From: an uncultured candidate division Zixibacteria bacterium
GTDB taxonomy: Bacteria; Zixibacteria; MSB-5A5; RBG-16-43-9
Length of the DNA: 64,000 bases
Direction: 5' to 3'
Assembly (NCBI GenBank): GCA_963713865.1
Contig: OY970208.1
Span: 224,001 to 288,000 of the forward strand
The notes beneath the pieces were generated by a model that was given only the letters and a program-made list of their open reading frames with translations, had not been told where the DNA came from and ran no database searches. The stretch's first letter is position 1; every line of letters begins with the position of its first letter. Below, one piece after another: positions 60,463 through 64,000 of the stretch. The position numbers and the translations under genes are program-made.

Positions 60463-61479
60463 TCAGAGAGTTCCAATTTTAATCTCTCCTTTTTCCCTTA
60501 ACTTTACCTTTTCCAATTCCTGGTTTATACAATCTAAAAGCTTTTCTATCCCTTCTCCAGTTAGGGCTGAGAGCTTTACTAAGGGAAGACCTATCTCCAG
60601 TTTTAATCTTTTCTTATCTTTTTCAGTCAATAAATCTATTTTATTCAAAGCTAAGATCGCTGGTTTCTCTAAAAGCGATAAATCATAGAGCTTAAGCTCA
60701 TTTTTAAGGTTATCATACTCAGAGATCAGGTCAGAAGCTGTCACATCTAATAAAAATAGCAAAACTTTAGTTCTCTGAATATGTCTTAAAAAATCTAATC
60801 CTAATCCTTTTCCTTGATGTGCACCCTCTATTAGTCCGGGGATATCAGCTAAGATGAAGCTTTTATGATCTTTTAACCTTACTACCCCTAAATTAGGTTT
60901 AAGAGTAGTGAAAGGATAAGGGGCTATCTTTGGTCTGGCATCTGAAACCCTTGCTAAAAGCGTCGATTTGCCTGAATTGGGTGGTCCCACGATACCAACG
61001 TCAGCTAAAAGCTTCAGTTCTAGGATTATCTTTCTAACCTCTCCTTTCTCTCCTGGTTGAGCAAACCTGGGAGCTTGAAGAGTAGAGGATTTAAAATGAG
61101 TATTCCCCTTACCTCCTCTCCCTCCTTTAGCTATCACATAGAAATCAGTTACAGAGATAAGATCAGTTAGACTTTCTCTAGAAATTTTATCTTTTGCTAT
61201 TGTTCCGGGTGGAACTTTTACAACCAGGTCTTCTCCACCCTCACCGGTACGATTCTTACCTTTTCCGTGTTTACCCCTGCCAGCTTTATATGCTCTTCTA
61301 TAATGAAAATCCAGAAGGGTAGATAAGTCCTGCTCTACTTTAAGAATTACATCCCCTCCCTTTCCCCCATCCCCACCATCTGGACCTCCTTTGGGGATAT
61401 ATTTCTCTCTTCTGAAGCTGATACAACCCCTTCCCCCATCTCCTCCCCGAACTTCTATCTCTGCATAATCTACAAACAT
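60463..61479 (-). CDS. obgE: GTPase ObgE
   Basis: Gly-rich GGPDGGDGG N-terminus, YPFTT, DIPGLIEGA, NKID. Confidence 0.97.
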   Translation of the reverse strand: MFVDYAEIEVRGGDGGRGCISFRREKYIPKGGPDGGDGGKGGDVILKVEQDLSTLLDFHYRRAYKAGRGKHGKGKNRTGEGGEDLVVKVPPGTIAKDKISRESLTDLISVTDFYVIAKGGRGGKGNTHFKSSTLQAPRFAQPGEKGEVRKIILELKLLADVGIVGPPNSGKSTLLARVSDARPKIAPYPFTTLKPNLGVVRLKDHKSFILADIPGLIEGAHQGKGLGLDFLRHIQRTKVLLFLLDVTASDLISEYDNLKNELKLYDLSLLEKPAILALNKIDLLTEKDKKRLKLEIGLPLVKLSALTGEGIEKLLDCINQELEKVKLREKGEIKIGTL

Positions 61480-61482
61480 AAA

Positions 61483-62253
61483 TTAGCTACTTTTTGCCTC
61501 AATCATCTGGATCAAAATTTCTCTTAAGCTGCTTTTTTCAATATCTTTCCTTAAGCTCCCGTTAGAAGCTATAGATATCTCTCCGGTCTCTTCAGAAATG
61601 ATTAGAGCCAAAGCATCCGACTCCTCAGTTACCCCGATCCCAGCCTTATGCCTCATCCCGTATAGCTCCGCATATTCCCTTTTCTGGGTCAAAGGAAGAG
61701 TGCAGGCAGCTGCGACCACTGTTTCTCCCCTAATGATAACTGCTCCATCGTGTAAAGGTGTATAAGGGGTAAATAGGGTCAAGAGCAATTCACCAGTAAG
61801 CTGGGCATTCAAAGGTTTTCCCGTCTCGATGAAATTCTTTAGACCTATCTCCCTTTCTATAACGATCAAAGCCCCATACCTGAGTTCCGAGAGTTTTATC
61901 AACCCTTTTACCAGTTCATCTAAAATCTTTTGTTTCTCATAACGTATAAAAAGTCTGAAAAGCTTATTATGCCCGAACTGAGCTAAAGCCTTTCTTACTT
62001 CTGGCTGGAACACAACTACCAAAACTATTACTCCTACAGTAGCTATATTGGTTATCAACCATTTCAAACCTTCTAATTGAAACCAGAAAGCTACAAAGGA
62101 GAAAAGGATCAAAACAAAAACCCCGAAGAGTATCTGGATAGACCTGGTCCCTTTAACCAGGACTAAAAAACGGTAAAACAGGAAAGCCACAATCGCTACA
62201 TCGATTAAATCTATGATCCCGAATTTCAAGAATCCTATATGGAACAGAATCAT
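61483..62253 (-). CDS. dacA: Diadenylate cyclase CdaA/DacA
   Basis: Three TM helices, FQPE, PLHDGA, GMRHKA, SEETG. Confidence 0.92.
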   Translation of the reverse strand: MILFHIGFLKFGIIDLIDVAIVAFLFYRFLVLVKGTRSIQILFGVFVLILFSFVAFWFQLEGLKWLITNIATVGVIVLVVVFQPEVRKALAQFGHNKLFRLFIRYEKQKILDELVKGLIKLSELRYGALIVIEREIGLKNFIETGKPLNAQLTGELLLTLFTPYTPLHDGAVIIRGETVVAAACTLPLTQKREYAELYGMRHKAGIGVTEESDALALIISEETGEISIASNGSLRKDIEKSSLREILIQMIEAKSS

Positions 62254-62259
62254 CTTTAT

Positions 62260-63150
62260 TTATCCTCTTATTAAGATCGCATCCACCAATCTTGCAACCC
62301 TTTTACTTTCCTTAATATCATGTACCCTTAAGAGATTTGCCCCATTCATTATGCTCACTGCCAATGCAGCTAAACTCCCTTCTAACCTTTCTTCCACCGG
62401 CAAATCCAGTATCTTTCCGATAAACGATTTGCGAGAAACCCCTATCAAAAGGGATCTGCCTAAGTCTGTGAATTCCTTGAGATTTCTCAATATTTTTAAA
62501 TTATCCTCTAAGGTTTTACCAAAACCTATCCCCGGATCAAGTACTATCTTTTCCTCATCTATGCCAACATCTTTTGCCATCTTCATAGATTCCTTAAGAT
62601 ATTCCTTAATTTCCTCAACCACATTTTCATAAAAAGGATTTTCCTGCATATTTTTAGGCGTACCTTTGATATGCATTAAGGCTACTGGAATTCTGTAATA
62701 AGCTACTACATTTTTCATCTCCGGATCAAACCTTAGAGCACTAATATCATTTACCATTTGAGCTCCGGAATCTAAGGCCTCTTTAGCTAATTTAGATTTA
62801 TAGGTATCGATGGAAATCGGAACATCAGTTCTTTTAGCTAACTCTTCAATCACTGGCATGACCCGACGCAACTCCTCTTCTAAAGATACTGGCTCAGAGC
62901 CTGGTCTGGTAGATTCCCCCCCGATATCGATTATATCCGCACCTTCCTCTGCCAGATTTACACCCTGTTTTATTGCCTCGTCCAGCTTAAAGAATCTACC
63001 GCCATCTGAAAAAGAATCCGGGGTCACATTCAGAATGCCCATTAGATGGGTACGGGAGGAAAGGTTTAGCCTTCTATTATGAAAATCAAGAAAATATTCA
63101 GAGGTGCTTTTTCCTTTAAGCTGGTTCAATCCTTCTTCTTTTAAATTCAT
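62260..63150 (-). CDS. folP: Dihydropteroate synthase
   Basis: ILNVTPDSFSDGG, GGESTRPG, DPGIGFGK, SRK, RVHD. Confidence 0.97.
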   Translation of the reverse strand: MNLKEEGLNQLKGKSTSEYFLDFHNRRLNLSSRTHLMGILNVTPDSFSDGGRFFKLDEAIKQGVNLAEEGADIIDIGGESTRPGSEPVSLEEELRRVMPVIEELAKRTDVPISIDTYKSKLAKEALDSGAQMVNDISALRFDPEMKNVVAYYRIPVALMHIKGTPKNMQENPFYENVVEEIKEYLKESMKMAKDVGIDEEKIVLDPGIGFGKTLEDNLKILRNLKEFTDLGRSLLIGVSRKSFIGKILDLPVEERLEGSLAALAVSIMNGANLLRVHDIKESKRVARLVDAILIRG

Positions 63151-63704
63151 CTCCCCTTAATCAGGGCAAATGCTTCTGCCCGAATAGAGTCCTTTCTCAG
63201 AACACCTCTCATAGCTAAGGTAACTGTAAGAGAGCCAGGCTTTTTTATCCCGCGCATCGAAAGGCAAAGATGTTCTGCCTCAACTATAACCAATACCCCT
63301 TTAGGTTTTAAACCCTGCATCAGGCAATCGGCAACCTGTGAGGTGAATCTTTCCTGCAATTGAGGTCTGGAAGCTAATACCTCCACTACCCGGGATAGTC
63401 TGGAAAAACCGGTGATCTTATTGTTTCTCGGTATATAAGCTATATGAGCTTTGCCAAAAAAAGGTAAAAGATGGTGTTCGCACAGAGAATAGAAGGGGAT
63501 CTTTTTGGCGATGATTATCTCATCCTGGTTTGGAACAGCATATAATTTTAGTTCCTCTTTTGGGTTTTCAAAGATACCACAGAAGATCTCTTCATAGAAC
63601 TCAGCTACCCTTCTGGGAGTTTCTCTCAACCCTTCTCTTTTAACATCCTCCCCTATCCCCTCTAAGATCATCCTTACCCCTTTTTCTATCCTCTTTTTAT
63701 CCAT
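63147..63704 (-). CDS. folE: GTP cyclohydrolase I
   Basis: GL.ETP.RVA, CEHHLLPF, RPQLQER, HLCLSMRG; ATG 63704 preferred. Confidence 0.96.
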   Translation of the reverse strand: MDKKRIEKGVRMILEGIGEDVKREGLRETPRRVAEFYEEIFCGIFENPKEELKLYAVPNQDEIIIAKKIPFYSLCEHHLLPFFGKAHIAYIPRNNKITGFSRLSRVVEVLASRPQLQERFTSQVADCLMQGLKPKGVLVIVEAEHLCLSMRGIKKPGSLTVTLAMRGVLRKDSIRAEAFALIKGR

Positions 63705-64000
63705 CCCCTTTGTTTTTCTGGTCATTCTTTTTATCCTCAAGCCTCTCTCCTTTAAATATCCTGTCAATCTCCTCACCATCTAAAATCTCTTTCTCTAAAA
63801 GCACCTTTGCTAATAAATGAAGTTTATCCATGTTCATACTTAGAAGCTGATATGCTTTTTCTTCAGCCTGGTCTACAATTCTCCTCACTTCCTCATCTAT
63901 ATCCTGAGCAGTCCTCTCGCTATAATCCCGGTGCTTGGCAATCTCTCGTCCCAAGAAGATCTCTTCTTCCTTTTTGCCGAAAGTCAAAGGACCTAATTTT
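63697..64000 (-). CDS. ftsH: 3' end of ATP-dependent metalloprotease FtsH (partial)
   Basis: LGPLTFGK..EEIFLGREI...DYSE.TA..ID.EV...LLEKEILDG; ftsH-folE-folP synteny. Confidence 0.92.
   Translation of the reverse strand, partial: KLGPLTFGKKEEEIFLGREIAKHRDYSERTAQDIDEEVRRIVDQAEEKAYQLLSMNMDKLHLLAKVLLEKEILDGEEIDRIFKGERLEDKKNDQKNKGDG

Overview
A low-GC bacterial chromosomal segment, most likely from an FCB-associated diderm lineage. The inference of Zixibacteria-like origin rests on a type-I dockerin on a subtilase and three proteins with T9SS-like/FlgD C-terminal domains. Most of the window is housekeeping: lexA, secDF, rnr, dgt, holA, mreB, lptFG, ahcY, metK, ptsHI, dprA, obgE, dacA, folP, folE and the 3' end of ftsH. 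It also holds two ECF sigma/anti-sigma loci, a PspC/LiaF-like envelope-stress pair and an amino-acid ABC transporter. Accessory DNA includes an intact IS1202-like element with a 17-bp target duplication splitting a PorV-like gene, and an AT-rich truncated-methyltransferase/nuclease island inside an uncharacterised four-gene membrane module. There is also a tandem duplication of a secreted protein, many REP-like hairpins carrying nested TCC...GGA micro-elements, and 7-nt periodic repeats. The most novel-looking signal is a 22-residue TonB-box-like motif shared, with mostly synonymous codon differences, by an anti-sigma factor and the adjacent secreted VIT-vWA protein; the ECF sigma gene and the VIT-vWA gene also share a candidate ECF promoter. 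No rRNA, tRNA or CRISPR array was recognised. All family calls were made by eye from motifs, without database searches.
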